Origin: Octopus vulgaris
Lineage: Eukaryota
DNA length: 64,000 nucleotides
NCBI GenBank assembly: GCA_951406725.2
Contig: OX597825.1
Location: 86,428,001 to 86,492,000 of the forward strand
Reading direction: 5' to 3'
Below, piece after piece: positions 50,036 to 63,190 of the stretch. Under the pieces are notes generated by a model. The model was given only the letters and a program-made list of their open reading frames with translations. It did not search any database and was not told the origin of the DNA. The position numbers were made by a program, and so were the translations under genes. The number at the start of each line of letters is the position of its first letter. The first letter of the stretch is position 1.

Positions 50036-51214
50036 GCTTTGTTAGGTACATAGTGTGCTTGCTTTGAGTTTACTTCACTTATTATTGGGGATCAATAAGA
50101 AAGGAGATCAATGGAAAGATGAGCAACATTCATGTATCCAGTATGACTCCTGCTGTTTGGGGGTTCCTTCCTCTGTCTGGTCTGTCACTAAAGGCTTAAG
50201 CAACTTTGAAAGCTTACAGGCTGGGGTAGGATTATGAGTAAGTTCCGTATCATTTTTTTTTATAGTCATTTTAATTTCCAAGGTTTAGAAAGTAGAGAGT
50301 GAATTTAGCAATAACTGATATTATATTGGTTCCACTTAAAGTCTTCTGATTTCCCTGGTTTACTACAATGTTGGACCAATTTAAACTCTCTCCCATTACT
50401 TGGTCATGTTTATTTACTGTTGTGATTACATTACAATTTCATGTTACATACTTTTGAAGAAATATTCTCTTGTTTTGTTAAGAAGCCACCATATTCTTTT
50501 TTTTTCTTCTTTTATACTGATTCAATATTTTTGTTCTTTGGTGTTGGAGCCCTTTCTTTAGCTTTCACTTAACTTTCCCTATAATCTAAACCTATCCAAT
50601 ATGGTAAGTATTAAAAGTGCTTATGTCTGTTTTGAGTTCAAAGGGTATCATTTTACAAAGAGTTTCGGATGGAACATAACTAAAGTTTATATCATCTCCT
50701 TTAGATTTAATTCTTCAGTTCTTTATATCAATCCTCCACCTCTGCCTTCCAGATCAAAATATGTCAATGAGACTATATATAGAATTACAAAATATCTCTT
50801 TGAAGAACTTTTTATTATTTCTTTTAATCTGACAGATTCCTTGATGTCCCTCACAAAATATATTGTGGTATTTAGTTAGGTCCCTTTATGTTCTGAATTC
50901 CAGTCCTGCTGAGATTAGCTTTATCTTTCATGCTCTCAAGATCAATATACAATAAGCTCCAGTGAAGAACTGGTGTTGATTTATAATCCTATAAAGCATC
51001 TTAGATGAGAATAGACTCGCAATAGAAGCCAGTAACTTTCTGATGAGTGACTAAATACCAGTAACATCATGTTACCACTAGTTTCTATTGGGTTGTTCTT
51101 TGTTGTAATAACATTTCAATAATTACCAAACAGGCTAATTGGAATATTTCCATTAAACATTGTCTTGTGGAAACCTGAGTATCAAAAATTGGCTCAGTTG
51201 CTTCTAATTTGCAA

Positions 51215-51400
51215 AAGTTGTTGTTTAGTCTAGATCTACCTTGTGACCATCCTACCTTCTTTCTTTTGTGCATAGTGTATCTAGGACTCCATTATCAAAT
51301 GTGTCCTTTTATTTTTTTAAGATTGTAAGTTGTGATTTGAGTTTGGCTGCTGTATGAAGTATGCTGAATAACACACATACAGTCTCCTTTGTTGGCTCAT
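51215..51400 (-). mobile_element. Family E repeat
   Basis: gttgttgttta...catagtgtatctaggactccattatc...tttggctgct. Confidence 0.7.
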
Positions 51401-51532
51401 CTTTGCAGTTATTGATAGGAGGAAAGTTCACAAGATGGAGTTGAATTGCAAAGTTGTAGTTTATGCTTTATATAGCAAACAATGATCAATCGGTAAAATT
51501 CGATCCATTAGTTGAAGAAACAAAATGATCAT

Positions 51533-52886
51533 AGAGGTGCATGGCTTAGTAGCCAGGCTTTTAGGCTTGTGATCTTAAAGATTGTGAGTTCAGTTCTTAA
51601 GCCCAGTGTGCATTGTTTTCTTGGACAAGGCACTTTATTTTTCCAGGCCACTGAGGCCATGCTGGAGCTCTGCCTTCAGGGGATTTAGTCACTCATATCA
51701 ACTCCAGTACTTATATCAGCATGGTACTTAGTATATCAATATCTGTTTGTTGAATTACTAAGTTACTCAATATAATGAGGCTCAGCATAAACAACATTGG
51801 TTTTTCAACTGATTTTAATGTAAACACACACACACACATGCATGCACCATGCACACGGTTCCTTCACAATGTCTATCAAATACCATTCAAAATCTCTTGG
51901 CCAGTATGAGGCTGTAGTAAAGACACTTGCCCAAGATCTTGCTGAGGGGTGGTCAGATCTGGAATCCTGTAGTTGCTCATCGAAATTTTTAACTGTGCAA
52001 ACAACCATGTTTGATTATCTATATATTTTGCCTGCTAAGTCATCAACTCTGTTGCATCATTTTGAACCTGGGACATCATCATTTCGACTTCCACTTTTCC
52101 ATGTTCACATGGATCAGATGAAATTCATGAAGGTAGATTTTCTATGGCTGGATGCGCTTCCCATTGCCAACTTCCTGTTTCCAAGCAAAGTATTATTTCC
52201 TCTGATTCAGACTCGTCTCTTTTTCACTGAAGATTGGAAACGAAGGGCATCACCTCTGATAGTGACACTTATTTACAACTGTCACTTGGTGTCAGGACAA
52301 GAAGACACAGCAGGCTTCTTTCGGTTTCTGTCGGCCATATCTACTCATAAGGCTTTGGTCAGGCCTGGGCTACAGTAGGATACATTTGCCTAAGTTGCCA
52401 CGTAGTGGGATTGAACACCAAACCATGGTCAGTTTCCTACTGAGAAAACTGAGCATTGAATCTGAATAATTTTTTTGCTTGAGAAATTCTGAATCCTGAT
52501 CAAACATGGCTATGTGATAAGAAGTTTGCTTACCAACCACATGATTCCAGGTCCAGTCCCACTGTGTCGCACCTTGGGCAGGTGTCTTCTACTGTAACCT
52601 TCGGCTGTTCAAAGTCTTGTGAGTGGATCTGGTAGATAGAAACTGAAAGATGCCTGTTGCGTGTGTGTGTGTGTGTGTTTGTCCCCCACCACTGCTTGAC
52701 AACTGGTGTTGTGTTTACATCCCTGTAACTTAGCAGTTTGGCAACAAAGATTGATAGAATAGATACCATTTTAGGCGGTGGTGGTGGGGGGGAATTACTG
52801 GGGTTGATTTGTTTGACTAAAATTCTTGAAGGCAGTGCCCCATCCTGGCTGCAGTCTAATGATTGAAATAAGTAAAAGATAAAAGA
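51533..52886. mobile_element. SINE pile-up: C head (+, 51533-51645), A (-, 51645-52010), A with RTE tail (-, 52075-52430), A with tail B (+, 52503-52886)
   Basis: Each segment matches the family consensus seen elsewhere in the window; together they explain the 178-aa and 123-aa ORFs. Confidence 0.8.
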
Positions 52887-53554
52887 TGGTGGCTGCCACA
52901 AACAGCCTGATAAATGAAGTTGTTGTTGATCTATTCCGAAAATATAGCTTCAACTAGATGGCCATGGTTTTTTACTTCCATAGCTACATAGCTTTTATCT
53001 TAATTAAACCATTCATGTGAAGAATTTCCTGTTGGGCCCACATTCTGTATAATGGTTCAGCCAAACCAATTTACTAATTCTTTGATGTTTTCACAATCAG
53101 AACTTTGTAGTTACCTGCTTCTATTTCCATGTTACAAGTAATGTGGGGAAAGCAGCAGAAATACCCATTTATTCCTAATTCTGGCAGCAGTTCTTGCCTT
53201 AGGGGTGGTGGTGGAATCATTATTGATTGCTTTTGACTAGATGCAAGCTTTGAAATTTACGGGAGGTAAATATGGTACATGGGTACCACATTTTATGGAT
53301 AAAGGGATGTAAATGGGGGTGGAGGTAGAGAAAGCATTAACTAGGAATCAAAACTGGATTATGGACTCAGCTTGTTAAGAATTTCCTATTTCATGACACA
53401 ATCAGTCATTGTTTTTAATCCAATTCAAACAATCTCTCTTTCTCTCTCTCTCTATATATATGTATCTGGTTCTGTGTGTGTGCACGTGTGTCTGTCCTAT
53501 TCATCCATTATCAGCTAATGTGGATATATAATGCTTGTGGAATAGTCTTCCCAA

Positions 53555-54190
53555 TGTTGTTGTTTAACCACAGGTCAGCCCTAACTAAGCAAACTTATGA
53601 TCAAAATATTCCAGTCCTGATGGCCACTCCCATTTTTTCCTGACATAGTCTATCTTGAACTACACTATTCATTGTCTCCTTCTTTAGTGTTTAAGATAAA
53701 AAGGTGTAATTGTGAGTGAAATTTGGCTGCTATTTTTCTGGCAGGGCTAGTGAGGCTCTCTGGTTGGTTCCTCCCCATTGTGGAACTATATCTTTTATTC
53801 TTTTGCTTGTTTTAGTCATTGGACTGCAGCCATATTGGGTCACTGTCTTGAAGAATTTAGTTGACCAAATCAATCTTAGTACTTATATTTTGTAAATCTG
53901 GTACTTATTCTATCATTCTCTATTGTTGGACCACTAAGTTAGAGGGAGTTAAATAAACTAACACTAGTTATCCATGTCTTATATATAGCTAACTCTAGTT
54001 ATCAGGTGGAGGGGATACACACACACAAACACATGTATGACAAGCTTCCACAGAGTTTCTGCCAGCCAAATTCACTTGCAAGGTGATTGGTTGACTTTAG
54101 GCTGCAGTAGAAGATGTGTGCTGCTCAGTAGGACTGAACCCAAAACCCTGTTATTAAGAAATTTGCTTCTCCGCTATGCCTGCACCTATG
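53555..54190 (-). mobile_element. Family E copy (53555-53770) next to SINE family A with tail B (53790-54190)
   Basis: gttgttgtttaaccacaggtcagcc...; tcttttattcttttgcttgttttagtcatt...ggactgaacc. Confidence 0.75.
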
Positions 54191-55990
54191 CCCTTGTTTT
54201 GGTTGGTAAATTTCTACGATTGATTTTTTTTGGTTGACTAGAATTACGATTCCTGAGTTCAAACTTCACTGTAAACTTTGTGTTTATCAAAGAATAGTTC
54301 TCTCTCTTAGTCAACTGATAATTTCCATTCTTATTTAACGGCTGATTAACATAAAGTACTTATTTTATGATTTAAATTCTGTGATTAATAGATCTTATCA
54401 CTTTACTAACCCAAAAATGGGTGAAGAGCTCAGCATAATGTGTGTGAGGAATCTTTCCCAAAATGGTTAACTTGTTAAAACATTACAAGGTATGGGAGAA
54501 AGATAATATGCAATTATTGGAACCTGAAATGGCAGCTAAAGAAATTAACCAGATTGTGTAAAGTGTTGAGAGAAGAGAAAGGCAAGCACACAGATTGATG
54601 TAGCTTAGCAGCAAAAAAGTAATAGTTTTTAGCTTTGCTGCCTCATGCCTACTTCACTTTCTCTCATTATTGCATATATGACTGTACATACATGCTTGCA
54701 TGTAGACTCTTGTTCCCCAAAGTTCCTAGATTCCAAGATGCCTTCCTTAATAAAACAACAGGAAGTATGAATCCCCCCCATCCACACACACACACTCATA
54801 CTCTTCCCCTTCATCTTCCACAACACATTAAAACCCCAAACCACATTTTTTGTGTTTGTCTTCATCTGGATGGATATACAATTACTGCACTGACATAGAT
54901 TTAACCTGGATTACTGGATTTATTAAATGAAACATTAAAGAGATAGAAAAAAAGAAATGGCATGATATTAGAGCCATGCTATGAGGTACTATTTTGTTGT
55001 GTGTCTTTGAGAAGAGAATGAGAACCGAATGCTAGTCAAATATTGATATCAAGTGTTCTAATGTATTGTAAAATGTTCCTTTATATAAACTCATCTGTGT
55101 TTTGTTAGCCTTTGTGTTTACTCAGCTTTCTCTGTAGGTTTATAACAAACCTTTTGACTTTATTTCTTTGTCTTATCACTTCACCTCTTTTACCTACAAC
55201 ATTTTCCTTCTCACAGGTTTTTCAAAACTGTAGCCCTGCTAAAATATCAAGAAATGTCAGTGGTATTAATAGTTTTTATATCTGTTTTAGCATTTTCTAC
55301 TCAGCTAAGTCTTTTTCAAGTGTGAGAGTTGTAGTAAATTTCAATGGAACTTTGTAACCTGAAACCAGAATGTGTTATAATTAAGAAACTCCATACCATA
55401 TTATAATTTGTAATAGATTGCAATTATTGATTACAGTAATTATTAATCTTAGTTACTATTAGTTGTATTGGAATTGAATTAAGGTGTTTGACTTTCTGTT
55501 CCTACTTGGATTAATTGTTAACTTTTTAATATCTATTTTAACAAAACTGTTTTGTATTCATCTCTCTGCTTCTTGTTGGAACACTTGGTCTTACAGATAA
55601 ATGTCCTTTTTATAATAGGAGTAGTAGTAATAATAACAATAACAACAACAATAATAATAATAATAATAACAAGATCACTCAGAGAGTGCAAACCTCCACC
55701 AAGGTAACACCACCATACTCTCAATGATTAGCTGGTGAGGAATTTTAAAATGAGAATATCTGAAATAAATCATGTCAAAATGAACACTCTTAAAAACAAA
55801 TTTATTATTCAAGGAAATTGATTACATATAAAAGATGTGCTTCTCTTTCATTTGCCTTTGGTGAATGTAGCTTTACCCAGGAGAAATTGATGCCATTGTC
55901 CATGGACAAAGTTTGCCAGGTTAGTGGTGGTCATTGCCTTTTGGCTTCCAGTTTAACTCATATCACTTTTATTCCTTGACCAAGGAAGGT

Positions 55991-56280
55991 GAAGGTGCAT
56001 GGCTAAGTGGTTAGGGTATTCAGCTCACAATCATAAGGTAGGGACGTCAATTCTCAGTGATGAATTGTGTCCTTGAGCAAGACACTTTAATTTCCTGTTG
56101 CTCCAGTTCACTCAGCTGGGTCACATTCTGTGTTGTGCTTAGTCTCCCTGAGAACTACATGAAGGGTACATGTGTCTGTGGAGCGCTCAGCCACTTGCAC
56201 ATTAATTTCATGAGTAGGCTGTTCTGTTGATTCAATCAACTGGAACCCTCATTGTTGTAACTGATGCAGTGCTGCCAGAA
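55991..56280 (+). mobile_element. SINE family C with target-site duplication
   Basis: Full head and tail; flanks accaaggaagg (55979-89) and accaagcaagg (56283-93). Confidence 0.85.
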
Positions 56281-57272
56281 AAACCAAGCAAGGGGCTCTT
56301 TCTGCTGCCTCTTCAGTTCTGTGCACAGCTGCCTTTCCATCTCCTACCGGAATTGGAGACAAAGTCTTTTAGAGTTCTTTGTGTCTGGTTTATATTCAAT
56401 TTGTAATAATTAATATTGATTGTTAATAATTATAAGAAATTACAGTAATGACTTCCACATACTTGTTGGTACTATTTTAAAAATTATCTTAATGTTATCT
56501 TAATTATTGTCATAATGAATAATCAGGTCATGTCAGATTTTTCAGTTTTGGAAAGTTAGTAGTTTCATCTTTAGTCCATAATCTCTGTTTTTGATTGACA
56601 AAACCTACTTCTTTAAAACATATTTTCATGAAAATAATGTTTCTGGTTGTGTTTGAATGTATTTTTTCATCTCCTGCCATTATTTTGCCAAAAACAAAAA
56701 TGGTATAGAGGAAATTCCAAAGCAAATTATTACAGCATCTGCTTCTTTCTGCCAACTTTCTGAGCTCAAAACCTGCTCAGGTTATCCTGGGCTTTCATTT
56801 TCCCAAGGTCACTAAACTAAGTAACAGACAATGTATTTAGGTCAGTTTGATTGCTTTTAGACTCTCTTTCTCTAATTAATGGCCTTGTGCCAATCTGAAA
56901 ATTCACCATTACTTCCTTTCCTTAAAGAAAAAGAAAAAACTCCATTAAATTCTTGCACAGAGTATTTTGCCTTCTCTGCAATATGGTTCTGTTTGAGTTT
57001 TCTTTTAAGATTCTAAATTTGCTGAAGAAATGTGTGAACATAGTGTTAAATGCCTCAACATAGTGTTAAATAATTCCCTTATCTTAGAACTTGACACAAG
57101 GTGGTGGTGGTAGCGGCGCAATCACAGATGAATATTAACGAAAGACAGTTGTACTTTTACAATAATGTGCCAAAAAAACTTTGGCTACAGTAGTGCTTTT
57201 TCCTTTTTTTCTGTGAATGGTTTACTACAATTCTTCTAAACACTCCAGCTTCCTTACCACGTGTTGGATAGA

Positions 57273-58854
57273 CACTGCATCCCACATTATTAGGTAAATC
57301 AACTTTCTCTCAATAAATAAATGTTTATTCGTTCAAAACCAGTTGTTTTCCCACTGACTGTTGGCAACACCTATTTGCACAAAATCATGTTAAAATAAAT
57401 CAGATCTGCACAGACGTCAACAAATGGTGGCCATTTTTGTGATTGGGCAACATTTTCACCATCACAAATTATTAGGTGTGTATAATAAAAATGATAATTG
57501 TATCAGAACAAACATTTAATTCAACAGTAAAAGATTTAACAAAAAAATTATTCATAAAGAACTTACTGGTAAACGTAATAATACGTTTGAATGAAAATAG
57601 TGATGGAATTGTGATGCCATACAATTCCTAATGTTTGATGTATGGTGCTCCACATGCAATAACCTTCCTTTTTCCCTGATTCCATTGAATTTATCAAGGT
57701 GATGATATCCTCTTGTGTCATGCTTTGAACAATATCTACAATAGCATCCCAGAGGGCAACTTTACTTGAAACCTGCTGTCCGTCTTGTTAAATGTGCCTC
57801 TTCAGGACACTCCACTGGTTCTTGATTGAGTTTACATTAGGGGAACAAGGTGGCCACTCCATCAAACGACCTACGGAGAAGCCTATTTACTGCAGGTATT
57901 CTTTAGAACTCTTTGTTGCATGAGATGGGCATTATCTTGCATGAAGACCAGCTTTCTCTTGAATAAAAGTTTTTGCTTTTTGAACTACAGTTTGAAATTG
58001 TCCTTTAAGAATGTAACATGTTTTCAGTGTCATCTTAATGCCATCTGAGACTTTCCATGGCCCAACCATCATATCATCAATGATGTCAGCTGAAAACATG
58101 ACCCCCACCTTCCCCCTGTTGATGTCTCAAACGATGAGGATGGTCCCCGCTGATTGATACCCAATCTTTACTCCAGCCATCTGGTTCGTTAAAAGGTAGC
58201 ACGGCATTTGTCAGTGAACAGAACTTTTGAATAATCCATCTTCATGTATTCTTCTGCCCATTTCAGTCTCTTCTGCTTATGAGCAGCTTTTAGAGGGGGC
58301 TTTGTAACAGGTTTAACATTCCTGGCTACCCGCTTCAAGAGTGACACCTGTTTTCCGTATGTCTTCCCTGTCACAATGTTGGAAGACTTCTCTACTCATC
58401 AGACACGAGTTCCGCACAACTTCCTTTTTCACACATGACAAAGTACGATTCAAAGCAACCCTCTACTTACCCTTATCTGCCCTCGACCAGACAGAAATAG
58501 AAGACGGCACAAATTTCTTCACTGTTTGCTGCTCTCCACCCAGTAGTTTTGATATTTCTATGGTCGTTTTTCCCTTTTCCACGATGGTAGACTTCTCATT
58601 TGAAGTACGATCACGTTTCTGACCTGTAAAGACACTCAAACTGGGCGACTGCCTAATAATATGGGACAGCAGAAATGTTGCTGATGCATGATAATGGCTG
58701 CCATTTGCTTTTGTCAGTGCAGATCTGATTTATGATAGCAGAATGTGCACAGACTGGTGTTGCCAACAGTCAGTGGAGAACCAACTGGTTTTGAATGAAT
58801 ATACATTTATTTATCGAGAGAAGGTTGATTTGCCTAACAAAGTGGGATGCAGTG
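57273..58854 (-). mobile_element. Near-full-length DD37E (TRT-like) Tc1 element, inactive transposase
   Basis: About 165-bp imperfect TIRs beginning cactgcatcccac; TA at the right flank. Peptides KPPLKAAHKQKRLKWAE, VLFTDKCRAT and FMQDNA(P)SHA...WPPCSPNVNSIKNQW, with 37 residues between D and the E position (now K). Stops and frameshifts present. Confidence 0.9.
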
Positions 58855-60042
58855 TATGGCAGCATAATTAAAACTAGAAATATTGCTACAGCCTTTAATC
58901 TAAATGATTTGAGATCAAATGAATTTATTCAAGGATCTTTTAGTTGTTATTCTCTATGTACAGCAACTGCTGTACATATTCTCTCTTGATGTTTTTGTAT
59001 TTTCTTAGTTTCGTTTTAGAAATCTTTGTTTTGTAATGTGGTAATTGTGTTTAAATTTTTACGCAATATCATTACTGTTTACTTAAAGTGGCATTTCACT
59101 GGTTGCTATGTTGACATTCACCTCAGATGTTATCTGATTCCAGTGAAGATGACACTAAAATATTATGCTAAAACTGTTTTAGCTCCCTGAATTTCCTTTG
59201 ACATCCTGACAACTGAACATGATCACTCATGTTTCTCTTTGACATTACAACACACCATATACACTTGTTCCTTTAAACATGAAATTATTTGACAGTATTC
59301 TCTTCAACATTGCATCTCTCATACACACACACACACACACACACACTCTCGCTCTCTCTTTTTCTCTCTCTCTTTAGCAATTATTTTGAAGGATTTCTGC
59401 AATGTATTTTCTTCAATATAAAACGATATCTCTGTGAATTCAAACATTGTCTTAAATTTTTGGAGAACATGTCTTACAACTGTGAAGTGAGAGTAATCTG
59501 TCGTTAAACAGATACACTGAAATGAGTAACTTGTCTAAATGATCAATCAATGGAATTCTCATGATAGGTTTTAGGGTCATCCTGTTGGTAGTTTATTCAT
59601 AATGATTCCTGACTCACCCATCTTGTGTTTGTCTTCCTCCCTGATTCCACTATATCCATTCTTCCTCCTTAGAACACTGGCCCTTTGAAATTCTCTCCTT
59701 GGGAATGTTTGTCTTACAGCTGTTTATTCCTGAGGAATGTTAACCTTATCTATCTCCTCAGTCTCAGAACACCTGTGTTGACCATAGGTGAGGCCTTTTC
59801 TCCCAGACCCATAACTTAACTTGATCAGTTTGGATCTGACAAAACAATTGTGAAGTGTGACACTTGACTGTGTTTCAATATATGGAGGCTTAGAGTAGAG
59901 ACAAAATGGAATTTAGTTGGACCAAAAGTTACTAAAGACATTTGGATATAACTGAAGGACGTTCTACAAATTATGAAAATGGTGTAGATATCGTTAGTGT
60001 TTGTCTAAATGATGTAAGATACTAATAATAATTAAGTGCTTG

Positions 60043-60225
60043 AAGTGGTGAGCTGGCTGAATCATTAGCACACTGGGCAAAATGCTTAGTGGCATTTTGT
60101 CTGTCTTTATGTTCTGAGTTCAAATTCTGCCATGGTCAGATTTGCCTTTCATCCTTTTGGGGGTCAATAAAATAAATACCAGTTGAGCACTGAGATCGAT
60201 GCAATAGACCAAAATTTGAAAACAA
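60043..60225 (+). mobile_element. SINE family B
   Basis: tggtgagctggctgaatcattagcac...tttgcctttcatccttttgggggtcaataaaataaataccag. Confidence 0.85.
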
Positions 60226-61319
60226 TTAAGTGCTTAATTAGCTGATGCTTAATAAACAACAACAACAACAAAAGCTGTGGATAATCTGTGATTTTCTTTT
60301 ATGTGCAGACATTGGTTTACCTGGAGGGAAAAGGAGTTCAGTCACTGAACTTTTTTCATGGGACTTAATTCTTCTTTATGATTGTTCAGTTTCCAATTTA
60401 TTTCCTTTGCTCAAAACCTATGTAATTAACTTGGTCTTATCCCATTAAATAGTGTAATGACAGAGTGAAAGGTAATATTGATGTTAGTTCAATGACTTAA
60501 GAATTGGTAGATTGCAACTTGAAATTTTGGTCCAAATTGGAACTAGTTCTTCACTTTGTTCAGTTATAAGTCACTTCTGCTCCTCTGAGTTAGCAACTGT
60601 TTTGTGTTATGCTAAAACAGAAAAAAGTAAGCTCTAGATCCACTTGAATTAAATTTAGATGTCTCGGTAATCTATTGTTGTAGTTTTGTCACATTACTAG
60701 CATTAGAGAGAGGTTGTCATGTCCTCCTGCATATGACTAAAAGGTCTGCTCTCCTTTTAATTCCAAATTTTCTCTGCTTGTTTCCTAACCACTTTCAGAA
60801 TATAGTGGGTATAATTTATCATGGCTCCAACCCCCCCTTTTTTTTTAAAGTTTATACATGTGTATAGACAACCAAAATTTTCATTTTCAATCAAAAGCAA
60901 GATCCAAACACTGATAGGTTAGCATAGATAAATGAAGGGATGATACGAATTTTTGTAGTAAAATCTTTTCTTTTTATTTTGCTTGGTTTTCTTTTATGAA
61001 AATAGATTTTTTTTGTTGTTAATATGAAGTGTAACATCCTGTGTTCCAGTTTCTATTGAATATTACCAACTATGATTATTAATGTTTTATTTATAGGGTT
61101 TAGCTATATTGAAGCTTCTCATAATATAAACTAAGTATGGACATGTTTATTCTATGGAGGTTTTGTTTACACAAGGCTCTGAACTGGTTGTGACCAGAAA
61201 GGACCTTTTCACTTCAGTATTTATTGGATTCTGAAAGTAATGTAAATTGTTTCCACTGACTTGTTTATATATATAATGTGTGTGTGTGTGTGTGTGTATA
61301 ATGTGTGTGTGTGTGTGTG

Positions 61320-61357
<38 letters not shown>

Positions 61358-61376
61358 GTATGTATATGTGTATATA

Positions 61377-61730
61377 TCATCATCATCGGTTAACGTCCGC
61401 TTTTCATGCTAGCATAGGCTCCAATCTGATCCTGTAGAGTTTCTACAGCTGGATGCCCTTCCTAATGCCAACCACTCTGAGATTGTAGTGGGTGCTTTTA
61501 TGTGCTACTGGCATGAGGGCCAGTCAGGCGGTACTGGCAACGACCACGCTCAATTGCTGTTTTTTATGTGTTACCTGCATAGGAGCCAGTCAGTGGCACT
61601 GGCAAGGACCTTGCTCAAATGTTTTTTCATGGGCCACCAGCATAAGTGCCAGTAAGGCGACGCCGGTAACGATCATGCTCGGATGGTGCTCTTAGCACTC
61701 CACTAGCACAGATGCCAGTCATCGAAAGTT
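61377..61730 (-). mobile_element. Family D RTE-3'-derived repeat
   Basis: tcatcatcatcggttaacgtccgc...gatgcccttcctaatgccaaccac..., the reverse complement of the 31893 copy; flanked by (TA)n/(TG)n. Confidence 0.88.
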
Positions 61731-61732
61731 CG

Positions 61733-61776
<44 letters not shown>

Positions 61777-61794
61777 AATGTATATGTGTATATA

Positions 61795-61950
61795 TGTATA
61801 CGTTGATGACATCCTTATCATCAGGTCCTCCAAGGATGAGGCTATTAACATACACTGGACCGTCAAAAACAACATGAATATCAAATTCGAGTTTGAACAT
61901 CCAGACGAATCTGGAACCTTTCTTGAAAATGGGGTCATAACCCCGAAAAA
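61795..61950 (+). pseudogene. Penelope-like reverse transcriptase fragment
   Basis: YVDDILIIRSSKDEAINIHWTVKNNMNIKFEFEHPDESGTFLE matches the PLE pattern YVDD...N..IKFxxE......FLD. Confidence 0.7.
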
Positions 61951-62817
61951 TTGAGGAATGTTGCTGATGTGCATGTGTGAGAGCATGTGTGGGATGGACA
62001 TGCATGGATAGGTGTTGCTATAGCAACCAGCTAGATAGGTAGAGAGAGGACGAGAGAAGAAACCCTCCCTTCCTATTCACCATTCATTTATTTAGTCATT
62101 TACCATTGTATTGAAATGGATTATACACACACTCCTATGCATGTGTAAATGTGTGTGGGAGGTAGTCAGTTTGGTCAAGACAATTTGATGCCATTATATC
62201 TATACCAATTTGAAGATACACAGGCACAAACATGTAGGCACACTGTTTGGTTGTACATAAATTTGATGTCAGTATCTGTACAAGCATAATGGTATGCATG
62301 TATAATAAACATAAGGGCACAAACACACACACACATGCATCCATTCAGCTCCTCCAAGCTAATTAGTTGGGTTGTTAAAATGATAATTAGTTGGATAGTT
62401 AAAAGGTTAACTAGACAGACTGTTAAAAGGCTAACTTTGCTCAAATCTGTTGTTCCATATGAGAGAGAAATAAGATTACTGCCATGCTTATGGTAGTATT
62501 TGAAATATATTGTATTATTGAAGTGAGAAGTGGGAAGATAAGTGATTGCCTTACTTCATGGCTGAATGGTCAATATTAGTAAGTGTAGTCTGTTGTGAAA
62601 ACATGTCGATGAAACTATATAGTTATTGAATCGCCAAACAGATCCATTCCTATATTGCCTTCGTTATATTTTCCAAAAATTTCTATTAATCTTAATGGAA
62701 TTATTTCCCTTGTTCGTCTTTAGATTTTGAGCCCTCAGAGGGAGTCATTGCCTGCTAAGTGCATGGATTTCATTTCACTGTACTGAATGTGATACTGTAC
62801 TCTGAGTAAAATTGGAA

Positions 62818-62822
<5 letters not shown>

Positions 62823-62873
<51 letters not shown>
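62823..62873. repeat. (GA)n microsatellite
   Basis: Direct reading. Confidence 0.97.
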
Positions 62874-62874
<1 letters not shown>

Positions 62875-62877
62875 AGT

Positions 62878-63190
62878 GAAGGTGTTTTAATGGTTAGAGT
62901 GTTTGACTCCCAGTTGTGAGGTCATGGGCTTAATTCTTGGTGGCATGTTGTGTGCTTGAACAAGGCAGTCTATTTCGTGTTGCTTCAGTCCCTTCAGCTG
63001 GCAAAAATGAATAGTTAAAGGCCATCCATGTTACATTCCATGACATGCTGAATCTCCCTGAGAACTTCTGTTAAGGGTACCGTGTGTGTCTGTGGTGTGC
63101 TCAGCCACTTGCATGTTAATTTCACAAGCAAGCTGTTCTGTTGATTGGATAAACAGAACCCTTGTCATCGTAACTGAAGGAGTACCAGTG
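62878..63190 (+). mobile_element. SINE family C
   Basis: Matches the 55991 copy: tctccctgagaact...ctcagccacttgca...gtaactga. Confidence 0.85.

Noticed and set aside
50690-50800. APE endonuclease-like GRGGG on the minus strand
   Set aside because: Single short motif followed by a stop; insufficient support.
51842-52378. Longest ORF (178 aa) as a gene
   Set aside because: It reads through antisense SINE copies; similar peptides recur at other SINE copies.
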